Assembly (NCBI GenBank): GCA_039931815.1
Contig: JBDTRF010000003.1
Span: 1-41,274, forward strand
Origin: Gemmatimonadota bacterium
GTDB taxonomy: Bacteria > Gemmatimonadota > Gemmatimonadetes > Gemmatimonadales > GWC2-71-9
Length of the DNA stretch: 41,274 bases
Direction of reading: 5' to 3'
The notes beneath the pieces were generated by a model. That model was not told the origin of the DNA, ran no database searches, and saw only the letters and a program-made list of their open reading frames with translations. Position numbers and translations under genes: made by a program. Positions 17,440-27,043 of this stretch are shown here, one piece after another; position 1 is the first letter of the stretch, and the number at the start of each line of letters is the position of its first letter.

Positions 17440-17871
17440 TTATCTGGCGAACATCTGGCTCATGTCCTTGAAGCTCTTGAATTCGAGGGCGTTTCCCGCC
17501 GGGTCCAGGAAGAACATCGTAGCCTGCTCACCGACCTGCCCCTGAAATCGAATTCCCGGTTCAATGATGAAATGCACTCCGCGGCCTTTGAGCCGCTCGG
17601 CGAGTGCATTCCAGGCTTCCCATTCCAGCACTACCCCGAAATGCCGGACAGGAACGTCGTGGCCATCGACCTGGTTGGCCGCAGCCTTTCGGATTTCATC
17701 AGGGGCCAGGTGTGCCACGATCTGATGTCCATGGAAATCGAAATCGATCCACTGATCCGAACTGCGTCCCTCCCGACAGCCAAGCAGGTCGCCATAGAAG
17801 ACTCGAGCCCGGGCCAGGTCATCCACGGGGAACGCGAGGTGAAAGGGAGGAACGGACTTGTGCTCTGGCAT
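17440..17871 (-). CDS. VOC-family protein (glyoxalase/bleomycin resistance/dioxygenase)
   Basis: [50 protein letters not shown]; start ATG 17871. Confidence 0.9.
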   Translation of the reverse strand: MPEHKSVPPFHLAFPVDDLARARVFYGDLLGCREGRSSDQWIDFDFHGHQIVAHLAPDEIRKAAANQVDGHDVPVRHFGVVLEWEAWNALAERLKGRGVHFIIEPGIRFQGQVGEQATMFFLDPAGNALEFKSFKDMSQMFAR

Positions 17872-17965
17872 GTGCACTGGCCCCTGAATTGGCTGGTGAC
17901 CGAGGTGTTCCGCAAACCTGCCGCTCCAATCTAACCGCTCTTCATCGACATCCAGCAGCCGATTT

Positions 17966-18412
17966 TCATGTAAGCTTGCGATTCCTGCCCGACACGTCTC
18001 GCGACCCTGTTGCCTCAGGCATTTCTTCACGAGCCGGCCTGAACATGAGATCAAACGCAAGAAAAAGCGTTCGGGAAAAAGGATAAAAAACAATCGGCAG
18101 CAAGACCATGAGCAGAGCACCGCCGTAGGTAAGCATGGTCCACGGCGGTGTCGGCCAGGTGAGCAGGACAATTCCCACGAATAACAGGGCGAAAAGCAGC
18201 TCGGCCACGACAATATTGAACATATACGCCCCGACGATGTAGCCTTGCTCCCCCCGTTCAAACACCAGCCCACACTGCGGACATTGGGTCATTTGCCGAA
18301 ACCACGAGGTGAAAATGCCCGGCCGACCGCAGTCAGGGCACCGCAGCAGCAACGCCCGTCCTATCAACCGCAAGGCCGGGCCGAAAGAGAAGGCACGATC
18401 ATTTCGCGACAT
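17966..18412 (-). CDS. DUF983-family membrane protein with N-terminal Zn ribbon
   Basis: RCPDCG..GIF..WF....[13 protein letters not shown] followed by two TM helices and [13 protein letters not shown]. Confidence 0.8.
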   Translation of the reverse strand: MSRNDRAFSFGPALRLIGRALLLRCPDCGRPGIFTSWFRQMTQCPQCGLVFERGEQGYIVGAYMFNIVVAELLFALLFVGIVLLTWPTPPWTMLTYGGALLMVLLPIVFYPFSRTLFLAFDLMFRPAREEMPEATGSRDVSGRNRKLT

Positions 18413-18481
18413 GGTGGGATGCTAACGGATCATGTTTCAAACAGGGAGTGACCGCCCTGCAACCACCGCTGTGGCGCGCGT

Positions 18482-18715
18482 ATGACGTCTTCCGGTGAGC
18501 GATGGGGACTCGCTGGATGGTGGCTGTCTACCTGGGCGATTCATGGCGATTCCACGCTGGAAGTACTCGCCACCGACGAGAATGGACGAGCGGCAGCCTG
18601 GGTCAGGCGGTACGGCGGCCCGTCGGGCACGGGCTTCGTACAACTGGGACGTTCCGATTGGCCCGCCGATGCCATCGCCCAGCTCGCCGCTGTCTCGGAG
18701 TACAGGCCCCATTGA
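18482..18715 (+). CDS. Hypothetical small protein
   Basis: 77-aa ORF with protein-like composition in an otherwise empty gap; no family recognised. Confidence 0.35.
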   Translation: MTSSGERWGLAGWWLSTWAIHGDSTLEVLATDENGRAAAWVRRYGGPSGTGFVQLGRSDWPADAIAQLAAVSEYRPH

Positions 18716-18857
18716 GCCTCCCGAAGGCCCGATCTCTCCAGTTGGCGAAAATCTTTCACCATCTGGACATCACGCCCGAAGCGCCGCTACCTTGAGCCAG
18801 CCGGTAAGTTGCATCGGCGACCTTCCTTTTGTTCACCGCCATTACCCACGGTCAACG

Positions 18858-19328
18858 ATGACGCTACCCCGGATCGTCGTGTTTGCCCTGGCCTTCCTGA
18901 CAATGACTTGCGATCGGCCGAAGCCGGGCACCCGGGACAACGCATCGCTGTACACCAGCCCGACGACGGGATTCTCCTTCACGCTGCCGGTGGCGTGGGC
19001 AGGCCATTACCGCGTCGAGCGACCCGACCCCGCCGGGAATCTGCCGCCGGCGATCGATGTCGTCGAGTTTGTGTATCCTCCGATCGACAGCACAATCGCA
19101 CCCCAGGTCGTCTTCCGGGTTGTCGTATTCACCAGGGAGCAATGGGACAAATTGAATGCCGAGGCGGGACCACCCTATGGGTGGGAGCTTGGCCAGAAGG
19201 AGGGAAAGGTATGGGTGGGTGGATTGCCCCAGTCCAACCCATTTGTTCCAGGAAGCGCAGACGCCGATCAGTTCGACCAGATGCAGATCAGCGAATCGCA
19301 GGTGTCCGCGGGATTTCACCTGCCATAG
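18858..19328 (+). CDS. Hypothetical lipoprotein
   Basis: MTLPRIVVFALAFLTMT-C from ATG 18858; YTSPTTGFSFTLP..W start resembles PsbP/DUF1795-like domains. Confidence 0.6.
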   Translation: MTLPRIVVFALAFLTMTCDRPKPGTRDNASLYTSPTTGFSFTLPVAWAGHYRVERPDPAGNLPPAIDVVEFVYPPIDSTIAPQVVFRVVVFTREQWDKLNAEAGPPYGWELGQKEGKVWVGGLPQSNPFVPGSADADQFDQMQISESQVSAGFHLP

Positions 19329-19365
19329 AAGGCTCATTCCTCGAGTCGGATGAGGAGGACACGCT

Positions 19366-19803
19366 ATGAGTGAAATGGCTTCATCAGAGTCGCCAGCGGT
19401 AGAGGGCCGCGAAGGCATATTTGTCATCCGCCAGAGTGGCAACTGCCGAGACTGGAATGGCATTCACTACAAAGCGGGCCTCTCGGCAAGAAACGTCCCG
19501 GCGCAGAAACTGTCCCTGAACGTCGCCACGATTCCACCGGGAGGTGTCGCATATGCGCATATCCACGTGGATTTTGAAGTCATGCTCTACATCATAGAGG
19601 GCCGTGTGCGTCATGAATATGGCGAGGGGTTGCGGCAAGCGGTGGAGAATGGCGCGGGGGATTTCATCTACATCGAACCCGGGGTACCTCATGAGGTCTT
19701 CAACATGAGTGACATCGACCCCGTCGTGGCCGTCGTGGCGCGATCGGACGCCAGCGAGTGGCAGAACATTATCTCCTACGATCGCACACGGGCGGGAAGT
19801 TGA
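19366..19803 (+). CDS. Cupin-domain protein
   Basis: GAGGAGG RBS; IPPGG...AHIH..FE..LYIIEG and GDFIYIEPGVPH cupin motifs. Confidence 0.88.
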   Translation: MSEMASSESPAVEGREGIFVIRQSGNCRDWNGIHYKAGLSARNVPAQKLSLNVATIPPGGVAYAHIHVDFEVMLYIIEGRVRHEYGEGLRQAVENGAGDFIYIEPGVPHEVFNMSDIDPVVAVVARSDASEWQNIISYDRTRAGS

Positions 19804-19841
19804 TGCTTCGAGTGTCGGGTAAGTCCAGGCAGGAAACCAAT

Positions 19842-19869
19842 AAAAAAAGGCGACCCGTGAGGATCGCCT
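19842..19869 (-). terminator. Intrinsic terminator of the DUF1328 gene
   Basis: On the minus strand: AGGCGATCC-tcac-GGGTCGCCT followed by TTTTTT. Confidence 0.75.
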
Positions 19870-19890
19870 CCTGCCTCGTGTCGCCTGGCC

Positions 19891-20067
19891 TCAGCTGGTG
19901 AGCTTCCGGCCCACGAAGATGCCCATCAACAGCATGACCAGAAAAATCGCCAGGGCAATGTAGAACAGGACTTTGGCAATCCCGGTCGCGGTCGCGGCGA
20001 TGCCACCGAACCCGAAGATCGCGGCGACCACGGCGACGATCAGAAAAATGAAAGCCCATTTCAGCAT
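19891..20067 (-). CDS. DUF1328 (UPF0391 / YtjA-like) small membrane protein, 58 aa
   Basis: Manual translation [58 protein letters not shown]; GGAG RBS; own terminator. Below the ORF-track length cutoff. Confidence 0.92.
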   Translation of the reverse strand: MLKWAFIFLIVAVVAAIFGFGGIAATATGIAKVLFYIALAIFLVMLLMGIFVGRKLTS

Positions 20068-20239
20068 AGCATGGCTCCAGGTGAGAGTTCGGCTGCCCGC
20101 GGCTCAGCTGATTGCGACCGCACCACGATGATACAGCATGGGAACGGGTGACGAAGTGACTGCCCTCACCCCGAACAGTTGATCGGGATCTCTTCAACCT
20201 GACACCGGCCTGATCGGCCGAGACTGGAAGCTGAGGATC

Positions 20240-21361
20240 ATGAGATCACGCCTGTCATGGCGGCTCGCATTCGTGCTTGCCAGTTCGTCCTTCGCGCTGC
20301 CAGCCCTGGCACAGGTGGAAGCGCCGGTACGAGCCGCAAATCCGACAACGGCCGATCGTGCGGCCATCGCACGGGCCCGCCGCATCATTGCCGACACGAT
20401 GCGTTCCCTCGGCACGCCCGGCGCATCAATCTGCGTCATGCGCGATGGCCGGGTGATCTGGAGTGAGGGTTTCGGTTTTGCAGACCTGGAACAGCAGGTG
20501 CGGTCGACTCCCCGTTCGGTGTTTCGTATCGGCAGCGTGTCAAAGCCCCTGACCGCCGCCGCCCTGGGCCTTCTGGTCCAGGAGGGAAAGCTGGACCTCG
20601 ATGCGGAGGTGCAACGCTACGTCCCCAGCTTTCCCCGGAAGCCGTATCCGATCACCGTTCGTCAGCTGGCTGGCCACATCGCTGGAATTCGTCATTACAA
20701 GGAAGGCGAGTTCCAAATCCAGAAACACTACGACACCGTGCTCGAGGGCTTGAGCATTTTCAGCGAAGACTCCCTGCTCTTCGAACCGGGGACGAAGTAC
20801 TCCTACTCATCTTACGGATGGAATCTGCTGGCGGCCGTCATTGAGGGCGCGACGGGAGAGCCTTTCCTCGCGTATATGAGAAAAGCCGTGTTGCTACCCG
20901 CCGGCCTGACGCACACCCGGCCGGAATTCGCCGACAGCATCATTCCATTCAGAAGTCGATTCTACGTCTGGGCAGACAGCCAGCACATGATGGTCAACGC
21001 CCCATACGTGGACAACAGTTATAAATGGGCCGGCGGCGGATTCGTATCTACCGCGGAAGATCTTGCCCGTTTTGGCCAGGTCATGCTGGACGGCAAACTG
21101 CTGATGCCGGAAACGGTGAAGGCCATGTGGACCTCACAGCGGCTGCGCGATGGGACCGAGACCGGGTACGGTATCGGATGGGGAATCGTCACCGATTCAG
21201 GTGGCCGTCGACGGATAGGACATACCGGGGGCGCCATGGGGGGAACGGCGACGCTGCAGATTTATCCGGAACAGCATCTGGTGATCGCCATGCTGGTGAA
21301 CACTGATCGCACATTTATCGGGATCGCGCCGCGCCTGGCTGCCCTGTTCATCGACAGGTGA
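20240..21361 (+). CDS. Exported serine hydrolase, beta-lactamase class C / peptidase S12 family
   Basis: Signal peptide (ALA-Q); FRIGSVSK (SxxK), YSYSSYG (YxS), GHTG. Confidence 0.9.
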   Translation: MRSRLSWRLAFVLASSSFALPALAQVEAPVRAANPTTADRAAIARARRIIADTMRSLGTPGASICVMRDGRVIWSEGFGFADLEQQVRSTPRSVFRIGSVSKPLTAAALGLLVQEGKLDLDAEVQRYVPSFPRKPYPITVRQLAGHIAGIRHYKEGEFQIQKHYDTVLEGLSIFSEDSLLFEPGTKYSYSSYGWNLLAAVIEGATGEPFLAYMRKAVLLPAGLTHTRPEFADSIIPFRSRFYVWADSQHMMVNAPYVDNSYKWAGGGFVSTAEDLARFGQVMLDGKLLMPETVKAMWTSQRLRDGTETGYGIGWGIVTDSGGRRRIGHTGGAMGGTATLQIYPEQHLVIAMLVNTDRTFIGIAPRLAALFIDR

Positions 21362-21562
21362 CTCGGGCGTAGTTGGTTGCCTCATTGCCCGGCCAGGCCT
21401 GGCGGCGGCGGTTGTGTCGATGGCGGCAGGGATAGCGTCATTATCGGGGCAGGCCGGAGCAGCGCGGCCGTCGGATCAATCAGAACTATTAGATGCACCG
21501 ACCATCTCGATGAGGCTTGTCGGAAGCCCTCGGAATCCCTCTACTTCGCCAAGGACGTATTC

Positions 21563-22048
21563 ATGCGATTCTCCGCAATGGGCCTGATCGTAGGCGCCAC
21601 CTGCATCGCCGCACATTCGCTGCACGCTCAGCGCCCCGAAAGGCAGGCAAGCCTGGGCATTCATTTCGGAGCGGATGTTACCGACCAGCACACCCTCAAA
21701 CTTGTTGGTGGACAATTGGCGTTCAATTTCCCTTACGGACTTCGGGCCCAGGCGGCCGTAACATCCGTAATTGAAGAGCCGGGCACCTTTCTCCTCATGG
21801 CAGCCACGCTTCAATGGCACCTCTCCCGGGGCGTGGTCCGGCCCTTCATCGGTGGTGGAGTTTCGCTCACCTACCAGGATGTGGGTGCATTCGGACATAC
21901 CGATACCCGGGTGCTGGGCGAGGGCGGGCTGGAGGTTCCCCTCCGAAACCTTACACCGTTCGCGCAGGTGCGCCTGATCAACATGAACGGCACCACGACA
22001 CAGATTCTCGGTGGTTTCAAGATGGAGTTCGGACGCTATCCTTCGTGA
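21563..22048 (+). CDS. Hypothetical exported protein, probable small outer-membrane beta-barrel
   Basis: AAGGA RBS, signal peptide (LHA-Q), VRPFIGGGV motif and alternating strands ending GGFKMEF. Confidence 0.65.
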   Translation: MRFSAMGLIVGATCIAAHSLHAQRPERQASLGIHFGADVTDQHTLKLVGGQLAFNFPYGLRAQAAVTSVIEEPGTFLLMAATLQWHLSRGVVRPFIGGGVSLTYQDVGAFGHTDTRVLGEGGLEVPLRNLTPFAQVRLINMNGTTTQILGGFKMEFGRYPS

Positions 22049-22473
22049 TGGTCTTGCTCGGCTGGTGCATCGCGGTTGCGCTTCTCGCCATCGCGGCCCT
22101 TCATTTCTTCTGGGCCTGGGGCGGGCGCTGGGGTGGAGTGGCCGCGATTCCCCAACGGGACGGCGCCCCCCTCTTCACCCCTGGTCGCACCGTGACACTG
22201 TTCATGTCCCTGCTCTTTCTCCTGGCCGCCTGCATCCTGCTGATCCGTTCCGGCGCGGTTCCCTGGCCCTTCAGTTCTACTCCACCACGTCTGGTTCAGT
22301 GGGGAAGCTGGACTATCGCGGTCCTTTTCCTCCTTCGCGCGGCAGGCGATTTTCGCGACGTGGGTTTCTTCAAGCGGGTTCGAAATGGACGTTTCGCCTT
22401 GCTGGACGACCGACTCTATTCCCCCCTGGCCCTGGTGATCGCAATCGGGAGCGCATTCATCGCAAAGGGCTGA
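22045..22473 (+). CDS. DUF3995-family membrane protein
   Basis: LHFFWAWGG.WG, FLLRA.GDF..VGFFKR, FA.LD..LYSPL; GTGA/TGATG overlap with the upstream gene. Confidence 0.8.
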   Translation: MMVLLGWCIAVALLAIAALHFFWAWGGRWGGVAAIPQRDGAPLFTPGRTVTLFMSLLFLLAACILLIRSGAVPWPFSSTPPRLVQWGSWTIAVLFLLRAAGDFRDVGFFKRVRNGRFALLDDRLYSPLALVIAIGSAFIAKG

Positions 22474-22541
22474 AAGTCGTTTGCCGTTCCGATGGTGGCG
22501 AACATGCCTGCACCGACATCCAGACCCGGACTTGAGAGCTC

Positions 22542-22904
22542 ATGCCTCGACTGATTTCACAACCTACCGTGGTTACCGCGGCAGGCATGCCGCCCAAGAG
22601 AATCGAAGAGTATGCCGGCCGGGTGAATAGCGGCCATGAGGGAGTCAGCGTCGCGCGGATGATTTCACCCGCAGGGTGGCAGGAACCTGGACAGCGTCCT
22701 GAGTTCGAGGAAGTCACGGTCGTCTTGCGGGGCAAACTTCGAGTAGAGCAGGAAGGTGGGGTGCTGGATGTGTTGCCCGGCCAAGCCGTGATCACGGCAC
22801 CGGGTGAGTGGGTGCGTTACAGTACGCCAGATTCCGGCGGCGCCGAATATGTGGCGGTCTGCCTGCCAGCATTCTCGCCATCCACAGTCCATCGGGATGC
22901 CTAG
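22542..22904 (+). CDS. Small cupin-domain protein
   Basis: PK.IEEY.GRVN, SVARM.SP.GW.EPGQ.PEF.E, GEWVRYSTP, AEY.AVCLPAF.P..VHRD. Confidence 0.85.
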   Translation: MPRLISQPTVVTAAGMPPKRIEEYAGRVNSGHEGVSVARMISPAGWQEPGQRPEFEEVTVVLRGKLRVEQEGGVLDVLPGQAVITAPGEWVRYSTPDSGGAEYVAVCLPAFSPSTVHRDA

Positions 22905-22930
22905 CCCTGGAACCACGCCGAGAGGCGGAT

Positions 22931-23680
22931 ATGTCCTTCACCCACGATCATTTCTCATCGGTAGCGAATCAGTACGCCGACTTTCGACCACATTATCCGC
23001 CCGAACTCTTCGCCTGGCTCGCCACGCTGCCCGATCGTCGCAGTCTTGCATGGGATGTGGGCACTGGCAATGGCCAGGCGGCCGTTTCGCTTGCCCCGTA
23101 TTTCGAGCGAGTCATCGCCACGGACCCGAGTGCACTTCAGATCGCGGCGGCGACCACACATCCCCTGGTGGATTACCGGGTTGGAACCGGGGAGTCGAGT
23201 GGCCTGGCCTCCGCGAGCGTCGACATCGTTACCATCGCGCAGGCGCTCCACTGGTTTGACCTTGATGCATTTTTTGTCGAAGCGAAACGGGTGATGTCGG
23301 CCGGTGCTGTACTCGCGGCCTGGACGTATGGAATCATTCAGTGTGATGACCCGGAAATCGACCGGGTACTCCATGCCTTCTACATTGAACGAACAGGACC
23401 CTGGTGGCCACCAAATCGGCGATTGGTGGAAACCGGGTATCGCACGATTCCATTTCCATTTATCGGGGTTCTCGCACCTTCCTTCCGCATGCGCGCGGAG
23501 TGGCGCTTGTCTGATCTGCTGGGATACGTCGGCACCTGGTCGGCCGTCACTCGCATTCAGGAGGCCACCGGGCAGGACCCGGTGGCAGATCTGGCGGCGC
23601 TCCTCCGACCCGTCTGGCAGGGCGGGGCGCTGCGTCAGACGATCCGATGGCCATTGAGCATGAGAGTCGGTCGTCTCTAG
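22931..23680 (+). CDS. Class I SAM-dependent methyltransferase
   Basis: DHFS..A..YA.FRP.YP, AWDVGTGNGQ (motif I), ATDPS, AQALHWFD; GAGG RBS before ATG 22931. Confidence 0.9.
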   Translation: MSFTHDHFSSVANQYADFRPHYPPELFAWLATLPDRRSLAWDVGTGNGQAAVSLAPYFERVIATDPSALQIAAATTHPLVDYRVGTGESSGLASASVDIVTIAQALHWFDLDAFFVEAKRVMSAGAVLAAWTYGIIQCDDPEIDRVLHAFYIERTGPWWPPNRRLVETGYRTIPFPFIGVLAPSFRMRAEWRLSDLLGYVGTWSAVTRIQEATGQDPVADLAALLRPVWQGGALRQTIRWPLSMRVGRL

Positions 23681-24084
23681 AGGACTCTTTGTTCATGAAA
23701 GGCTGGGTTGACTCGGACCCTTCCGCGCGCAGGCGACCGGGATTCGGGCACATTGCCGTTTGTCTGCCGTCACCGCTCACTCCGATTTGACCCCTGTTAT
23801 CAGAACCCCGATCCATCCCATTGGCCCTGTCACCTTCCTGATCAGGCGCGATTGACCACGCTGGCCAACGACTTAGGGGCGCGCGTGGCGAAACCCGCCA
23901 TGTCGTCGCATAGCTGGTCAGTGGTGACCACGCCCCGAGGTCCGATGAAATCCCACGAATAGACCTTCGACTGTCAAGAAATGCGAAATGGTGGTTGGTG
24001 CGGCCTCGGTCACACGGCCCAGTCCCTGCTCTTCCATGCGCAGGTACTGCTCGCTGGTCAACCTCCATCACACGCAGGGGCGAA

Positions 24085-24843
24085 ATGACAAGTTCAGGGT
24101 TACGCATCGAGGTCCGTCGACGGTGGTTCGTAGGTCTGCTCGGAGTGATTCTCGGTTGCGCCGGGTCGCCCACGTCGGCCGGGGACGTCAGCAGCCTGAC
24201 GATTGTCGGAGCGGCATTTGCCCCTTGTGGTGGCTTCACCAACGCCGCGCGCGCGAATTGCGCGCCCAGGCCGGAGCACGGTCCGCCCGACTCGACCGTG
24301 GCCACTGGCGATCCGGCCTCGCTGACCATTGGCATGTACGCGCTGTACATCAGCCCGAATGATGACTGTTCCTCGCCGGTCCTGGTGGATGACTATGGCG
24401 CGACGGCATCAGACAAGGATCTCGTGGCGAACCCGGTACTCTTCACCGGGAATCCCGCTAACGGCTCGTACCGCTGTGTCATGCTCAAGATGTCCGATGT
24501 GATCCGGATGAAGCCACTGACGTCGTTCGGAACCTGCGTCGCGGGAACCGAGTACGCCGGTGACATTTACCGTGATGGACAAACCGGGTGGAAAGATGTC
24601 GACCTGAACCCGATTGTCGGTACCGGCACGGATTCCCTGCCCGCGGATGATCATGTGACGCTGTTCATGACCCGCGATACATCCGCCGTCATCGCGCGAG
24701 GCGTCAGCGGAAACCAGGCAATTACCCTGGGCAGCGACCTTGTTGTGCCGGGAACGACCACGTTCTTCTGGAATGGTCAGGGCTCGGTGGTAGATGAGGG
24801 CGGCCAGTGCGGGATCAATCCAGGGCGCCCCTCCTTTCAGTAG
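24085..24843 (+). CDS. Hypothetical Cys-rich lipoprotein
   Basis: AGGGG RBS; VRRRWFVGLLGVILG-C lipobox; six further Cys; followed by a terminator. Confidence 0.7.
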   Translation: MTSSGLRIEVRRRWFVGLLGVILGCAGSPTSAGDVSSLTIVGAAFAPCGGFTNAARANCAPRPEHGPPDSTVATGDPASLTIGMYALYISPNDDCSSPVLVDDYGATASDKDLVANPVLFTGNPANGSYRCVMLKMSDVIRMKPLTSFGTCVAGTEYAGDIYRDGQTGWKDVDLNPIVGTGTDSLPADDHVTLFMTRDTSAVIARGVSGNQAITLGSDLVVPGTTTFFWNGQGSVVDEGGQCGINPGRPSFQ

Positions 24844-24862
24844 GACTCGCAGGTCATGGACT

Positions 24863-24899
24863 CGTGGCCCCCGGCTTGCGCCGGGGGTCACGGTTTTTT
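24863..24899 (+). terminator. Intrinsic terminator
   Basis: 13-bp stem CGTGGCCCCCGGC-ttgc-GCCGGGGGTCACG (one G-U pair) then GTTTTTT. Confidence 0.8.
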
Positions 24900-24997
24900 C
24901 TGCCCCAGCCACCGTACCGGCCTGATCGCCAATAGCGTTATCATTGGCGCAGACCAAAACCGGGTCGCATCATTCTCCAGTCATCGGCAACACCTGA

Positions 24998-25570
24998 ATG
25001 GCCCATACCAGTCGCGTGGTGGTTCTCCTGGCCCTTCTCATCGCCTGCACCGGTGAGGGGAAGCCGGGAACACAGGTCAAGAACGACGCGGCAGCGTCAA
25101 CCCAGGCTTCACGAGATTCGATCGCCCGGCTTGCCGCCGGACCAGCTGTTCATCTGGAAGGAGCAAACCTCGACCTGGCCAGGGCCCGGGTTAACAACCT
25201 GGCGGCTGGAAATTCCATTGAAGACGTGCGTACGCAGCTTGGCTCTGCCGATGGCACCGAGGGACCACACCAGGAGCAGGGCGGCGCCACAACGCTGGTC
25301 TGGATCTTTCCGGGAATCCGGATCACCTTCAGCAACCGTCGAATTACGGGCATTACCTGCAGCGGAGCGCGGTGTATGACACCAGACTCCGTCCGAATCG
25401 GGGATTCAGCTTCCAGGGTTCAAGACACGTATGGCGCGGCAGGTGTCGCTCGACTCCCTGATGGATCGACGATTGCATATCCGTTCGGCAATGGCCATTC
25501 TTGCAGTCTCATGTTCTCATTCATGCAGGAGCGGGTGAGCGCGATCGCCTTGTCGTGCGGTGTCCGCTGA
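24998..25570 (+). CDS. Hypothetical lipoprotein with two SmpA/BLIP-like repeats
   Basis: VVVLLALLIA-C lipobox; repeats LAAGNSIEDVRTQLG and VRIGDSASRVQDTYG. Confidence 0.65.
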   Translation: MAHTSRVVVLLALLIACTGEGKPGTQVKNDAAASTQASRDSIARLAAGPAVHLEGANLDLARARVNNLAAGNSIEDVRTQLGSADGTEGPHQEQGGATTLVWIFPGIRITFSNRRITGITCSGARCMTPDSVRIGDSASRVQDTYGAAGVARLPDGSTIAYPFGNGHSCSLMFSFMQERVSAIALSCGVR

Positions 25571-25600
25571 CAGATCCTGGCTCCAGACCATGGGGAAATC

Positions 25601-25942
25601 ATGAACTCAGGGGAATTCTGCAGCGCCCTGTACGGCAGTCGCGCGACATCGTATCACATTGATCTTCTAAAGAACAAGGTGATGTTGTCGGTTGCACGGA
25701 CTGACGGAAAGGGCGCGATCGAGGTCGAATTCCACACCATCCGGATGCTGGGGTGGGCCTGTGATGAACCAACCATCCACGAGCAGCTTGATCTATCCGT
25801 CGTGGGGCTCGAGCGGGGAGATGACGGGGTCTGGAAGGTGTATTTCAATCCCTGGGATTCGGCCGAGCTCGAGTTTGAATGCGATCGCATTACCGCCGAC
25901 GGGGATGAAGTGATGTACACCGGCGATTGTTTTGAGGGCTAG
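25601..25942 (+). CDS. Hypothetical small acidic beta-rich protein
   Basis: GGGGA RBS, 113 aa, ends ELEFECDRI; operonic spacing with neighbours. Confidence 0.6.
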   Translation: MNSGEFCSALYGSRATSYHIDLLKNKVMLSVARTDGKGAIEVEFHTIRMLGWACDEPTIHEQLDLSVVGLERGDDGVWKVYFNPWDSAELEFECDRITADGDEVMYTGDCFEG

Positions 25943-26396
25943 GACCAGGGGAGCCGTGCTGCTGGCAGCCGGGGCACTAGCGTTCCTCTTTGGCCTCCGG
26001 GCGTTTGGCGCCAGCTTTGCCACCACCCGATGGCCATTCACACCCGGCAGGATTACCCGCTCCATGATTGTCGATTCGGCCTCGCCGCATTTCCAGTTCG
26101 AGTATCAATACATTCTTGGCGGTCACCTCCTGCACTCTCGACGGATTACGAACCCCGTTGGATTGCTTCCTGGCATCTGGCCTGAAAGGGCACCAGGTAT
26201 TGACGCAGCGGAATCACTGGCCGGGAAATATCCTGTGGGAAAAGAGCTTCCGGTTTTTTATGATCCCGGTGATGTGCGCGAGGCCGTACTGAAGGCGAGA
26301 CTCAACTGGTTCGCCCTGGTTCCTCTGGCGGCGGGGATGCTCCTCGTCGGAGCCGGGGTGAAGCTTCTCCGCCAGGACTGGTGGCCAGCGACGTAA
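25932..26396 (+). CDS. DUF3592-family membrane protein
   Basis: TM, WP.TPGRI..S, FEYQY...G, YPVG..LPVFYDP.D...AVL, TM. Confidence 0.8.
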   Translation: MRARTRGAVLLAAGALAFLFGLRAFGASFATTRWPFTPGRITRSMIVDSASPHFQFEYQYILGGHLLHSRRITNPVGLLPGIWPERAPGIDAAESLAGKYPVGKELPVFYDPGDVREAVLKARLNWFALVPLAAGMLLVGAGVKLLRQDWWPAT

Positions 26397-26440
26397 GAGT
26401 TCCCCTCGTCCGGCATCACGAATCGCATTAGAGATGTCCG

Positions 26441-27043
26441 ATGAATACACTCCGGAGACAGCTCATGCTGCGTCGACCACTCGCATTCGCGGCCCTGTGC
26501 GCCATGGCCTGCCACCCCGGCACCGGCGCCCGGGCTGATTCAACGAATATGGAGCCAATGACCACCGACTCGGGCGGTACCATCGACTCCGTGTACCGAT
26601 TCCTGAGCAATCCCAGCGTCCCTGGTGACAGCGTGACGGCAGTGCGATCACGCCTCCCTTACGACTCTATTTCACTGCGGCGCGAGCCCTGCTTCGGCAC
26701 CTGCCCGATTTACGAGGCGACGCTCTATCGGGATGGCCGAGCCCGGTATGTGGGCACGCGTTTCGTCGAGCGGGTGGGCACGTGGCGAGGCGAGGTCAGT
26801 GTCCAGGACTACGCCCGCCTCGCGTACCTCCTCGACAAGCTGGGGTTCATGGCGCTCCCGGATTCCTTCGCAGCGACCTATACGGATCAGCCCGGCGCCA
26901 CATTGACCGCCCATCGCAGCCCCGGTGGCACCAAGTCGGTGAGCGACTACGGATACGTCGGCCCGGTCGAGCTCTGGGCGCTGCGCGAGATCTTCGATGG
27001 CATCCTGGCCAGAGTAGCATGGGAGAAGACCAATAGTGAATAA
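26441..27043 (+). CDS. DUF6438-domain lipoprotein
   Basis: Lipobox-like AMA-C; ISLRREPCFGTCPIY...LYRDG...Y.G..FV...G, TDQP, KSVSDYG. Confidence 0.75.
   Translation: MNTLRRQLMLRRPLAFAALCAMACHPGTGARADSTNMEPMTTDSGGTIDSVYRFLSNPSVPGDSVTAVRSRLPYDSISLRREPCFGTCPIYEATLYRDGRARYVGTRFVERVGTWRGEVSVQDYARLAYLLDKLGFMALPDSFAATYTDQPGATLTAHRSPGGTKSVSDYGYVGPVELWALREIFDGILARVAWEKTNSE

Noticed and set aside
20240-21361. AmpC-type antibiotic resistance gene
   Set aside because: The YxS and HTG motif variants fit the broad S12 esterase/peptidase group rather than AmpC (YxN, KTG).
23681-24084. Hidden gene or ncRNA in the 400-nt gap
   Set aside because: Candidate ORFs (23708-23962 plus, 23547-24350 minus) have no RBS or protein-like features, and no recognisable RNA motif was found.
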